Shown piece by piece: positions 14,106 through 24,843 of a stretch of 64,000 bases of DNA. The DNA comes from the human T2T-CHM13v2.0 reference genome, Homo sapiens, in assembly GCF_009914755.1 (NCBI RefSeq), contig NC_060929.1. One strand, written 5' to 3'. Numbering within the stretch: the stretch's first letter is position 1; every line of letters starts with the position of its first letter. Both the position numbers and the translations under genes were made by a program. Under the pieces are notes generated by a model. That model had not been told where the DNA came from. It saw nothing but the letters and a program-made list of their open reading frames with translations, and made no database searches.

Positions 14106-17100
14106 TGTGTGGTGCTATTTTTTTTCCTAGAAATTAGTTAGCTCTCACATGGATTGATCAAATGGCCAGTCCTATCTATCTGGTCTAACAAAGTTACTGC
14201 TATCTCCACAGTTCTCAAGTGACTCATCGGAAGTGGTGCTCAGCCATACTTGACCCTTCTTTTGCCAGAAGGAGTTTTATAATACTTTTCACATCACAAA
14301 GCAGAGTACAGGGTTCACAGAGAAAAATCCATAAATACATGTTGACAGATTGGTGCTCTGATATCAATTTTTTACTTCTAGTTTTGCTATTTTCGAACAT
14401 TCATTGGAACTTTCTTTTACATTTTCTGCAAAAACAAAAGCATCTACATATTTTTTTGATCTCCAAATTAATATTTTATTACTAGAAGTAGAAGGATAAA
14501 CTCCATTTGAGAGTTATTTATTTTTTGTTTCTTCTCACTATTTGCTGGTCTATTTAGGAAAAAAATGCTTAGTATTAGCATATACTATATAGTTTACAAA
14601 TCACCTTAATATACATCATTTCATTGTATTTTCGGCCCTTGTCTTTGAGTTCACTATCAACCATTCTCTTTAGCCGTATTTCATATCATTTTCAAATTCT
14701 TTTTCTACCCTGGTTTGATTTCTGTTGATGATAAATATGAGACTAATGTCTTACAGATTTCACTCCTTCTTCAATTAGCTCCACAGATTTTTCTTGGCCT
14801 CCAGAAAGGTGTGGAAGCTTTTTGAAAGATGTATTTTTTAATGCAGATTTGTACTCTGATACACTGGAAATACTATACTTCACATCCATTTAGATTTATA
14901 CTGTTTGTAATAGATAATTACTTTAATGTTGCAAAAATGACTTAGCCTATAAGCCCACTTTTTGCTATATTGGATTTTGGTACAGTCATTTCTACTTACT
15001 GCTTGTATTTTTTTCTTTTTTCAAGAATATTTGTCCCTTTTTATATTGCCAATTATGGACTAATATTGCCTTTATCGTAACCTGATAAACATTTGTACTT
15101 TCAATATCCTCTGGTGCCAATAGAAGACAAACTCAGGCCTAGTCTCTATTATTAAATCCTTGTCATCCCCATTGCTCCACATCCTGCTTCTCATTTCTCT
15201 GTGATTCTCTCCTGCCTTCAGTTCTGCTCATTTGTATGATTTGGTCCTACTCTTGAGTATTAATCAACTTGTTTTCCACCTATTGTTGGTATATTACATC
15301 TGATGATATTGAGTGCTAAATCTCTTTCCCATCCCAATATTCTACCTTCATTTTTTTCTTCTCATACAGATTATACCCCTTTGCAGTAACTTCCTGTTTA
15401 AGAAGGTGCTCCCTTCTGGTTTCAGCTTCTCCCCCCAACAAATAAACTCTTCAATTTATATACTTTTAATTCATCCAGCTCTTTGTTGTGTCACTTTTCA
15501 TTTAGACATTTTATAGTTGATACCTGTGAAAGTAAACTTGCTATATTCTTCTGATGTCAGCCACATTTTATAAAAAGTTTTAGCTCACAAAGAAGATTAA
15601 GAAAAGCTACAAAGATTTATTCTCTCCTGCTCTTTGCATTCATGTACATGAGGTAAGCATGCTGCTTTATCTCAGCCTGAAGTAACAGACTTGATACAGC
15701 CTGACGCTTGGTTCATTTTAAATAGATATTCTACTTAATACCAAGGTTGAGAAACTCCTGCCAAGTCTAATAGGCATACATGCTTTCAGGTAAATAGAGC
15801 TCATAACTTTACAGCCCAGAACAGCAGGGGTTGAGTCAACTAAATTTTTTATTATAGTCATTTAGAAATTCATTTAAATATTGCTCATCAGCATCCATTG
15901 ATCTCAACATTTTTCATATGGCTGAGAAGCTGGTATACATGCAGCCCTAACATACTCAAATCTATCAGATTTGTTTATGCAAAATTTCCTGGTACAATGT
16001 GATGATTTCATTTTATGGTTTGTTTTAGGCTATGGCAGTACTGAAGTTAATTCTGCTTCAACTTAGACTGATGCATCTTGTTTAGTTCTAGTTACTTGGG
16101 GTTGATTGGTGTAATGAATTTCTCCCTTATTGATCCACAAGTTAATTTTTTCAAAGTCAATATGTTTATGTACATAATAATACAAATACTCATTTCTGTT
16201 GTTTCTGGCTCACTACATTCTTGCAGAAAGAAGTGCTTTTGCTGCTTAATGAATGAAAATCATTGCTTACAAGTAGGAACACGGTAAATATTCATCTGCT
16301 CTGAGTGAATGAAGTTAAGAATATTAAACTTGAGCTTAATCTGGTATATTTACATTCTATAACACAAATATAAATTTTGGGGCAAATCATGTCTTATGTT
16401 GCTTAAAAATGTTATATTTTCTATGACTGTTCATGTGAAAGATTGTTAGAATTTTTACTGAGTTTTATGTATCTGAATATTTGGCATGTGTGTAATTAAC
16501 ATAACATGTCCACTCAGAAAGAATAGAAGCTTTAACCTCATAAACCCTCATGGTCTTTCATAAACTTCAATGTTTCAAAGAAGTACCTATTAAAGAACAC
16601 ATAGAAATAACTGTTGACCTTATAGATTCTTTTGATTATAAATGATATTATTAAAAAATATAAAACATGTGATTATTTTTTGGCCTCTGTGAAGAACAGA
16701 CCTTTAATTCCTTTCTAAGAGCACTGAGATTGGATTTAATCAAAAACAACACATTTAGGCCATTAAAGATTTCAAGACATTGGCTGTGTTGTAACATATT
16801 TGATACTCTCCGTCCTTTTATTATGAGGCTTCTTGAAGATGGTAGGGCATGCAAGTTTTATGCCTATCCTCAAGGCCTGTGGCCCTCTTTACGGAGTTAG
16901 GGAGACAAACAAGAATGTTTGCTTCAGTCTTATAAGGTCGATTATATTGTATTATAAATGCCTACTCTATGTCCATATATTCCAAGAAACTACACAATTT
17001 TCTAGAGGGGTTCCTGGAAAAGAATCATGTGTTTTTCTCTACCAGTTATTTCTGAACTTAATATGGTGCCTAGGACCTCACAGATACTCAGTAAATATTT

Positions 17101-17599
17101 CCTGAATGAAGGCTTGTTACCAAGTGCTTACTTTGAGGAGTGAGAAAAGTTTCAGTGAAGGGTATATAGAGAGGCATAATTGAACATAGTCTAGTTGTTG
17201 CGATGGTAAATAGGTAAAAAGGGCACAAAGTTCTGAATGGTTAGTGCCAAATATATTCATCCTCTGAGGATCAGTGGGGAAGATACTTGACTTTAGGCTG
17301 GAGAAAGAATCACCATGGAGGAGGAATTTGAGCAGACTGTTCAAGAATAGTTTGTATCCATCATTAGTCCAGTATTGCTTAACTGCAGAGATTCTATGTT
17401 TACTCATTTTTGTACTCCTGTTGCCTACCACTTTGGCACAAAGTAGGTGTTTCACAAATCTCTGTCCAAAGCCTGTTAGGCTACGATGGTAGGAAGTACT
17501 TTACAGGTTAAAGTATGAGTTGTACAGAGTTATAAAATTGCATGGCCTATTTTGGCAAGAAAGAGTGACTGAACCATCCTAACTACAAGCACGGGAAAG

Positions 17600-17795
17600 T
17601 AGGCTTGAAGTATACATCATGGACATGGAATTCAGGTTCTAGTCATAGTTCTGTAAGCTCAGGGAAGCTACTTCATCTCTCTGAGTCTCAGAAAATACAT
17701 AAAATGGGAAATATCATTTCCATTTGTTGTGAGAATTAATTGAGATAATGTATGTGAAAATTCCTAATAAAGTGCCTAGAGTGGAAAGTTCTTAA
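17600..17795 (+). mobile_element. MIR SINE
   Basis: Core CTACTTCATCTCTCTGAGTCTCAG...TAAAATGGGA...GTTGTGAGAATTAATTGAGATAATGTATGTGAAA. Confidence 0.8.
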
Positions 17796-18284
17796 CAAAA
17801 GTGTTGTTCAAAATGCAAGATGGAAGTGGAAAAGGGATGTTGAAGCCAGATAATAGTCAATTCTAGGTTAAAGAGCTAGATGTATTTGTAAACTGCCCTA
17901 AAACTCTCTTGAGAGCCACTCAAACAGAAATGGTCTTTATATCTTATAAGAAGAGAGCCCATAATGTTATTCTAGAAATGTGTTATGAGTAGGATTTTCT
18001 AGCCTTGGTACCATGCTTTTTTCCTTGGCTAGAGATAACCAGACATCCAAAAGTCTCTGGGCCAACAGAAGCTCAGCAGTTTGGTACTGGGACTCTGGAA
18101 GTCCCCACTGAAAATGAATTTGTTTGAGATAATGGTGATTTAGTCTTCAGCTTCTGGCATGTACAGTATCTTTCTAATTTCACTTGTGGAGTTCATCTGA
18201 ATCGCATATAAAGGGATTTAAGACATGGTTTTGATGAGGTCCTTGAGGTTGTATCATTTGGTTATGTGTGAAAGCCACACCACT

Positions 18285-18765
18285 GAGAGATCAATGTGCT
18301 GTTTTTCACCGGCCCCAGTAGGTTTGCTTTCCACCTGTCTTTACTTTTCTTTGTGCCATGACTTCACCTGTGCTTCCTTAAATTCCAGCTTCCTATTGGA
18401 TTTTTCCAATGGAAAGCAGTGTGAAATATGGACAGGTAGAGGAAGGAACAGTTTGAGTATTTATTTCATCTGTTTCTTCCCTGCTGGGCTGAGAATTGTC
18501 AGTAGCTAGGTTTTTCACTAAGACCACTGCTTCTTTGGTCAAACCCTTCATCAGGGTTCTGTTAATACATCTCTCTCCTTGCCCTTTCAGGCCCAGAGGT
18601 GGTAATAGCTTCCTGTTCTTGAGAGTATTTGGGTCATTCAACCATCCATTATTGGTTTCCTAATCCTGCCCAAATCTTGTAAATTGTCTTTTTGTCAGCA
18701 TTTATTCCATTTTTTTGAATTAGCCAACTATTTTTTGAGTCCTGCTGTTGGATTCTGACCAATAC
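18285..18765 (+). mobile_element. LTR33-like ERVL LTR
   Basis: CTTCCTATTGGATTTTTCCAATGG, CCTTGCCCTTTCAGGCCCAGAGGTGGTAATAGCTTCCTG, ending GATTCTGACCAATAC. Confidence 0.7.
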
Positions 18766-20854
18766 TTCTGGTAATTAATAAGTATTAATATTCATAAAAT
18801 ATTCCTTGAGTAGCACTGTTTAGTAAAGGTTTGTGCTCAGTCTAGCAAACCCATCATTAGAACTGTGAGAAAGGCTAAGCCCTTAACTGAAGTTTGTTAT
18901 TATATTTGTATATACACAGTATTGTGTTTTGCATATGTGTTTTTCTTTTGCATATGTATTCCTGACAATCACATATTAATACATTCTAAAAAGTACTAGC
19001 ATTTAGGTCTTATTTACTCTTACTTTGAGGAGCATATTTGCAAATGTTAAAATAGTAACTGGAGGAAAGATGGAAATCAAAATTAATTACACATTGAAAT
19101 AAACTAGATGCCAGGTTTGGCATGAACAAATGTTTGTTCCCGATAAAATGTAGAACTTTGTAGAGATGTTAGAAGATTTTGCTCTGTTATCAGCCAGTTT
19201 CACAGTTTAAAGTTTAGCCTCAAGTTTTGGGCTTTTTATTAAACTTTGTTCAAATGAAAATCTCTTTCCTTTCGGCTATTAGGTTTATGCTTGAAACATT
19301 ACTGTATCTGTATATGTTTGCTTTATGTTTGATCTAGAAAACACAGTAAGAGATGCATCATTAGGACGTTAAAAATACATACATTAGTGAGTGAAAGATG
19401 GAATGAGGAGGCTCTTGGATATTTATATTTGTTGACAAAAGCCACATGATGTGAATTTGTATTGTATTCATGATAAAGTCATCATTAGGCATGATTAGAA
19501 TTTATGTGAAAGTGAAATAGATAGAAGAAATAAATCGTTGGTTTGAGCAAAGTGTTATCTTTTTTTTGAGGGAATATATTCCAATGCTTTTGTTTTGTTA
19601 TTCTCATTTCAATAGGATGGATTCCTGAATGACAGATGATGATTTGACAAAGAAATTCTAGTCTTAAGCAGAATGATCTAGCACCACATTTTGAAGTCAA
19701 TTGTATTTAATGTTCTATTTTTAAAGCATATATTATATTATTAAAAATGTAATAGTTTGTTTATCCTGTGTTGTCTTGGTCCATGCATGCTGACAACAAA
19801 AGGATAAATACAGTGCATACAGGTGTTCCTCTGGTAATACCATGAACATGACACATGCCATCCTATGATAAATTGGCTCTGTGTCTGTTCAATTTCAACT
19901 CTAAAGCTCTGGAGGCAGAAGTGTTAGGAAGCAGGCATAATTCTGGTGAACAGAGGCCTCAGATGCACAAAATTAGTGTGCATGGAACAGATAACAGAGA
20001 AAGGGACCCACAGTGAGAGGAAGTTTGCACAGGTTTGTAGACTTCCTGGGGTTTAGGTAGTATTGGCAGATGTTAGGTGGGAAAAAAACATCTGTAAGCA
20101 TGATAATGAGCATTCCCAGAATCTGAAGTGACAACTGTATCCAGCACAAATGCTGTCTTGTTGTCCTATTTGCATACCAATTAAATTTTAAAATAAAGAA
20201 ACAAATATTGGATTACCGAATTTGTTTGACAAATAATCTGTAGGGCTTACTCAGTACAATTGGGTCAGGCATGTTGGCTGTTTGACAGATGTTGTATCTA
20301 TGAACAATTTAAGCAAAATATGTATCCAGATTGTTACCACCCACAGTTTTATAAGTAGGAATCTGAAATGGGTTAGAGATGGTTTGATACCCTGAGGCAG
20401 CCACCATGGAATGCTTGTTCTCCGTGCTTTGCTAATGCATTCAAGAGGTAATATTTCATATTCAGTTTTCAAAGTGAAAAGTTTGTTCTTAAAAAAACCA
20501 TTGTCTGTAAATTTAATATTGTATTTTATTATATTAATTTTTAAAGATTTGCATTACGTATTACAAATGAAGACTCTGAATTTGACTTTTAAAAGGGGAT
20601 TAGTCCAATCTTTATAGTCATGAGAACGTGAGGGCATGATTTTGTGTAAGGAAATTTTCAGGACTCTTCTCTAGGAGCTTGAAGAGGTAGAAAACAAATA
20701 TATATACTCCCACTTTTAGGGCATTTTCAGGCATACTCCATGATTTTTGGAGATAGAAAGTACACATTATGTATAAAAACATGACTTTTGAAGGGAGAAA
20801 TATATTGTCTGCTGAATGTGACATGTTAAATAGAAAACTAAGATTCTAATATAG

Positions 20855-21020
20855 AGTTCAGTTCAATAAACCTAAAATATCTGCTAAGTGCCAGGCACTG
20901 TGTTAAGTCCTGGTTATACAAACATAAATAACACATAGTCCAGCATCTTAAAAATGTCATAGCCTTTGGAAAACAGACACAAACATAGGTTATTTCAATA
21001 TCATTGATATGCACAAGCAG
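20855..21020 (-). mobile_element. L2 LINE 3' fragment
   Basis: TTCAATAAAC...CTGCTAAGTGCCAGGCACTGTGTTAAGTCCTGG. Confidence 0.7.
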
Positions 21021-21549
21021 AAAAGTAACACACCATAAATCTTACTTCTAGGAGTTTACATGTAGAAATTCTTCTGGGAAATTGGGAATTCTGATTCGTC
21101 TTTGTTTTACACAATGGGCATTTTTCTGAAATGTGTGCAAATCAAACATGGAAACTGAATTATATTTTCCTTGATTAATGCTTCAGAGGCATATTTAATT
21201 GTCATTTGCATGTTCTTTTCATTTGGTTTATTTTCAATAGGTGTTGGATTTTCCTGTTAAAATCCTCTCTCTTACTGCTAGTACTCCTGTAGTTAATCAT
21301 TTTAAAACCTTAAACACACTAGAAGTACTTGCTGTTTGAGGAACCCCTGAGGTGAATAATTATTTAAACTGAGAATTGCTTTGTTTGAGCAAAAGTTACA
21401 TTTTCTTTTAACTATTTTGAAAAAAATAACTCAAAAATTTTTTCTCCAGATGTGTGTGTAACTATGCTATATTCTGCTCTTGACCACAGAGCTAACTTAA
21501 TTAGCAGGGTATTCAAAAGACAAGTTAACTTTGGTGAGTAATTTCTCAT

Positions 21550-22300
21550 CATCATTCATTCATTAATTCAACCAACATTTAATGAGATGCTATCAAGTAC
21601 TGTACTGTGGTTACTGAGCCATAGGAGGCTTTTTCTGCTCTCAAATAATTTATACTCTTGTGGCACATGCCAACCAATCGGCAGATCATTAAGTACAGAA
21701 TAAATGTCAAAATAGTAGCACACTCTAGGTGCTTTACCTGCTAAGATAACCTATCTGTTATCTGTTATTGGATACTCTTTCATTCAAACACTGGTTGCAT
21801 ATATGCTGACGTTTTTAGCATGCGACTTCAACAAATTATACATTTCCTTTAAAAAAAATACTTTAGCAAAACATGTTCACAATGAAAATGATTTTTTATT
21901 GCTAAGCTTGCATGAATATACAACCACCACCTCAAGGGATCTATATTTCACTTCTCAGTTGCTGAAACACACATGATGTTCAAAGACAATTTCTCCTCTG
22001 ATCAATGCATAGATTACAAGAGGAAAATTGAGGGACAGGGGTGCGAGGAGCACAGTGAGACAGGGGAATTAGAGATTTGGGTTGATCTTCATTCTAGATT
22101 AAAGGGTCATATGAAGGAGCAGCAGGAGATGAGGCTGGAAAGGGAGACATTACAGGGCCTTGTGTACTATGGGTAAGCAGGGAAAATTGCTTTGTCTTAA
22201 AGGGATATGTGAGCCACTTCAGTATTTACACAGTAGAATTACATCATCTCATTTGTGTCTTAGAAAGAGTACTCTGACAGCAGTTTATGTGTCTAGAATT
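21550..22300 (-). mobile_element. L2 LINE fragment interrupted by the 273-bp duplicated segment (copy A)
   Basis: CATTCATTCATTAATTCAACCAACATTTAATGAG (L2 tail) on the left. GGAGATGAGGCTGGAAAGG...AGGGCCTTGTGTACTATGGG...TTAGAAAGAGTACTCTGACAGCAG (L2 body) on the right. Confidence 0.65.
21761..22033 (+). repeat. Local duplication copy A (direct copy of 23443-23714)
   Basis: TCTGTTATTGGATACTCTTTCATTCAAACACTGG...GATTACAAGAGGAAAATTGAGG. By eye it differs from copy B at 5 substitutions and one A-run indel. Confidence 0.97.
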
Positions 22301-23257
22301 GCTGGTACAAATAATCTAAGAAATGATAAAGCGAAGATAATTTGAAAAAAAAAATCTTTATGCCTCTGTGCTTTCCAAATCAAGCATTACCAAGTAGCAT
22401 AAAGATTTTAACCACATTATTTTTATTTGGTAAATTAGCCTAGAAGTTCACAGAAGCTTATATACCAGAGTGATTATTTGTTTCCAGCTGGCCTCTCTAA
22501 TCCACAAATGCTTCTACGGGGCCGAGTCACATGAAATTTCAGCTCAGGTTGAGCGTGGCTGGCCCAGGCTTCCCTTGGCTGGCCTAGTCCCTGTCTGCCG
22601 ACCCCTGCTGCTGCCTGTTCTCTGTGGAAAGGCTCCCAGAGGGCAGACACTTTTCTTGCTTCTTTTTGCAGCTGACATTGCTATTGCAGGAGTACCATGG
22701 ATGGAGTCCCAAGTTCTTTCAACAAAGCAAAGACTTGCATGAGATGTGACAGGTCTATAGAACTACTTATCAGTGAGGGAGAGGCAAGGGGGTTGGCATT
22801 TCCAGGAATATGACAGAAAGAAAAGGAAGAATAAAAAGCTGCTATCACACCTGCCACAGAGGGCAATAAAAGATACGTGATATGGCAGGGTGGAAAGCTA
22901 GTGAGAGTTGAGTGCTTGTTGAACAAATGGTATATTTAGGGAAGCAAAAAGTGTGTTAGCTAGAAACAATTTTTTTTTAGGTCACATTACTCCCATAATG
23001 AAGGAAGAGGGCCACACTAAATCTTATGCTTCTCACAGTGTAGTAGAAGATCTGAGAATTAAATGCCTCCAGCACCATTGTGTTTGATTTTAATTTTCCA
23101 GTCTGGAAACACAAAAGACCATGTATACAGATTATCTAAGAAGGATCAGATTACTCTGGATGATTTTGGACATTTTCTGAACGCTGTAAATTAATATCCC
23201 ATTTTAGATCTCTGCTGAATAGGATTATAATAACAGTGGACCTCCCTCTGGAAAACC

Positions 23258-23714
23258 AGGAATTCAGGAGAGCCTGTACAGTTCAGTCTTTCACTGGCCA
23301 CAGTGTCTCTTAAACCCGACTTGTCTATGTTGGAAGGAAAAGGAGAGACAGTTGACCAGCTTGAACTGCCACAGAACCGCCCAGACTTCTGACACTCTCA
23401 GGACCCCTGCCTGTTTAGTTAACAGAGGATTTTGGTGATATTTCTGTTATTGGATACTCTTTCATTCAAACACTGGTTGCATATATGCTGAAGCTTTTAG
23501 CATGCGACTTCAAGAGATTATACATTTCCTTTAAAAAAATACTTTAGCAAAACATGTTCACAATGAAAATGATTTTTTATTGCTAAGCTTGCATGAATAT
23601 ACAACCACCACCTCAAGGGATCTATATTTCACTTCTCAGTTGCTGAAACACACATGATGTTCAAAGACAATTTCTCCTCTGATCAATGCATAGATTACAA
23701 GAGGGAAATTGAGG
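23258..23714 (+). repeat. Local repeat copy B (left arm of the inverted repeat, and source of copy A)
   Basis: 23258-23691 is the reverse complement of 24404-24843. 23443-23714 matches 21761-22033. Confidence 0.95.
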
Positions 23715-23937
23715 TAAGGGATCCAAAACAAAGATAAGAAGCCAATTCCAGTTAGAGGAAGTGGGACGAGTAGTTTATGTTCTCTACTTTGTTGATGGAA
23801 GGAAAAACTCCTCTGCAAATGGAATAGGTCTAATATGAACATATACATTGAATTAGCTGGAGGTAGATAAACAGAGAGAAATACCATGGAAGAGAAGTCC
23901 ATCAGAAGGGTGTCATGTGAAGAATAAGTGAAGCTAG

Positions 23938-24234
23938 GGGCAGGCACGGTGGCTCACACCTATAATCCCAGAAGTTTGGGAGGTGGGTGGTTTGCTTGAG
24001 CCCAGGAGTTTGCGACCAGCCTGGGCAACATGGTGAAACCCCATCTCTACAAAAAATTATTTAAAAATTAACTGAATATGGTGGTGGGCATGTGTGTAGT
24101 GCCAACTTGGGAGGCTGAGGTGGGAGGATCACTTGAGTCTAGGAAGTCAGTGCTGCCATGAGTCCTGATCACTTCATTGCATTCTCCAGCGTGGGTGACA
24201 GACTAAGACCCTGTCTCAAAAAAAAAAAAAAAAA
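23938..24234 (+). mobile_element. AluJ in the spacer of the inverted repeat
   Basis: Diverged dimer with TTGCTTGAGCCCAGGAGTTTG and GGAGGATCACTTGAG, A17 tail. Confidence 0.92.
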
Positions 24235-24290
24235 GCAAGCCTAGACCTGTGATGTTTATTGTTCTTCTAAAGAATTTGATTATGTGATGG

Positions 24291-24406
24291 TGCTGTGGAC
24301 TGGACGTTTGTGTCCTTGCATCCTCCCAAATTCATGTGTTGAAGTCCTAACCCCCATATGATGGTATTTGGAAGTGAAACCTTTGGGAAGTAATTAAATT
24401 TAGATG
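24291..24406 (+). mobile_element. MLT1A/B-type MaLR LTR, 5' portion only (truncated by copy C)
   Basis: TGCTGTGGACTGGACGTTTGTGTCC...CCCAAATTCATGTGTTGAAGTCCTAACCCCCA...GGAAGTAATTAAATTTAGATG, then an abrupt switch to copy C. Confidence 0.8.
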
Positions 24407-24843
24407 CATTGACCAGAGGAGAAATTGCCTCTTTGAACATCTTGCGCATTTCAGCAACTGAGAAGTGAAATATATAGATCTCTTGAAGTGGTTGTATATT
24501 CATGTAAGCTTAGCAACAAAAATTCATTTACATTAAGAACATGTTTTGCCAAAGTGTTTTTAAAAATGAAATGTATAATTTGTTGAAGTTGTATGCTAAA
24601 AACCTCAGCATATTTGCAATCAATGTTTGGATGCAAGAGTATCCAATAACAGAAATATCATCAAAATCCTTTGTTCATGAAGCAGGCAAGAGTCCCAAGA
24701 ATGTCAGAGATCTGAGTGGCTCAGTGGCAGTCCAGCCTGGACAACTGTCTCTTCCTTCTTAAGACCCAACATACAGAAGTGGTGGCCTAGGAAAGATTTT
24801 GTCAAGTGAAAGACTGAGCTGTACAAGTCTCTCCTGAATTCCT
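24404..24843 (-). repeat. Local repeat copy C (right arm of the inverted repeat)
   Basis: ATGCATTGACCAGAGGAGAAATTG...CTCTCCTGAATTCCT is the reverse complement of AGGAATTCAGGAGAG...CAATTTCTCCTCTGATCAATGCAT. Confidence 0.95.

Noticed and set aside
23258-24843. Interpreting the inverted arms as TIRs of a DNA transposon or as a pre-miRNA
   Set aside because: No TSD or transposase remnant was seen and arm C truncates an MLT1. The 712-bp loop is far too large for a pre-miRNA. A Dfam search is still needed to exclude the transposon option fully.
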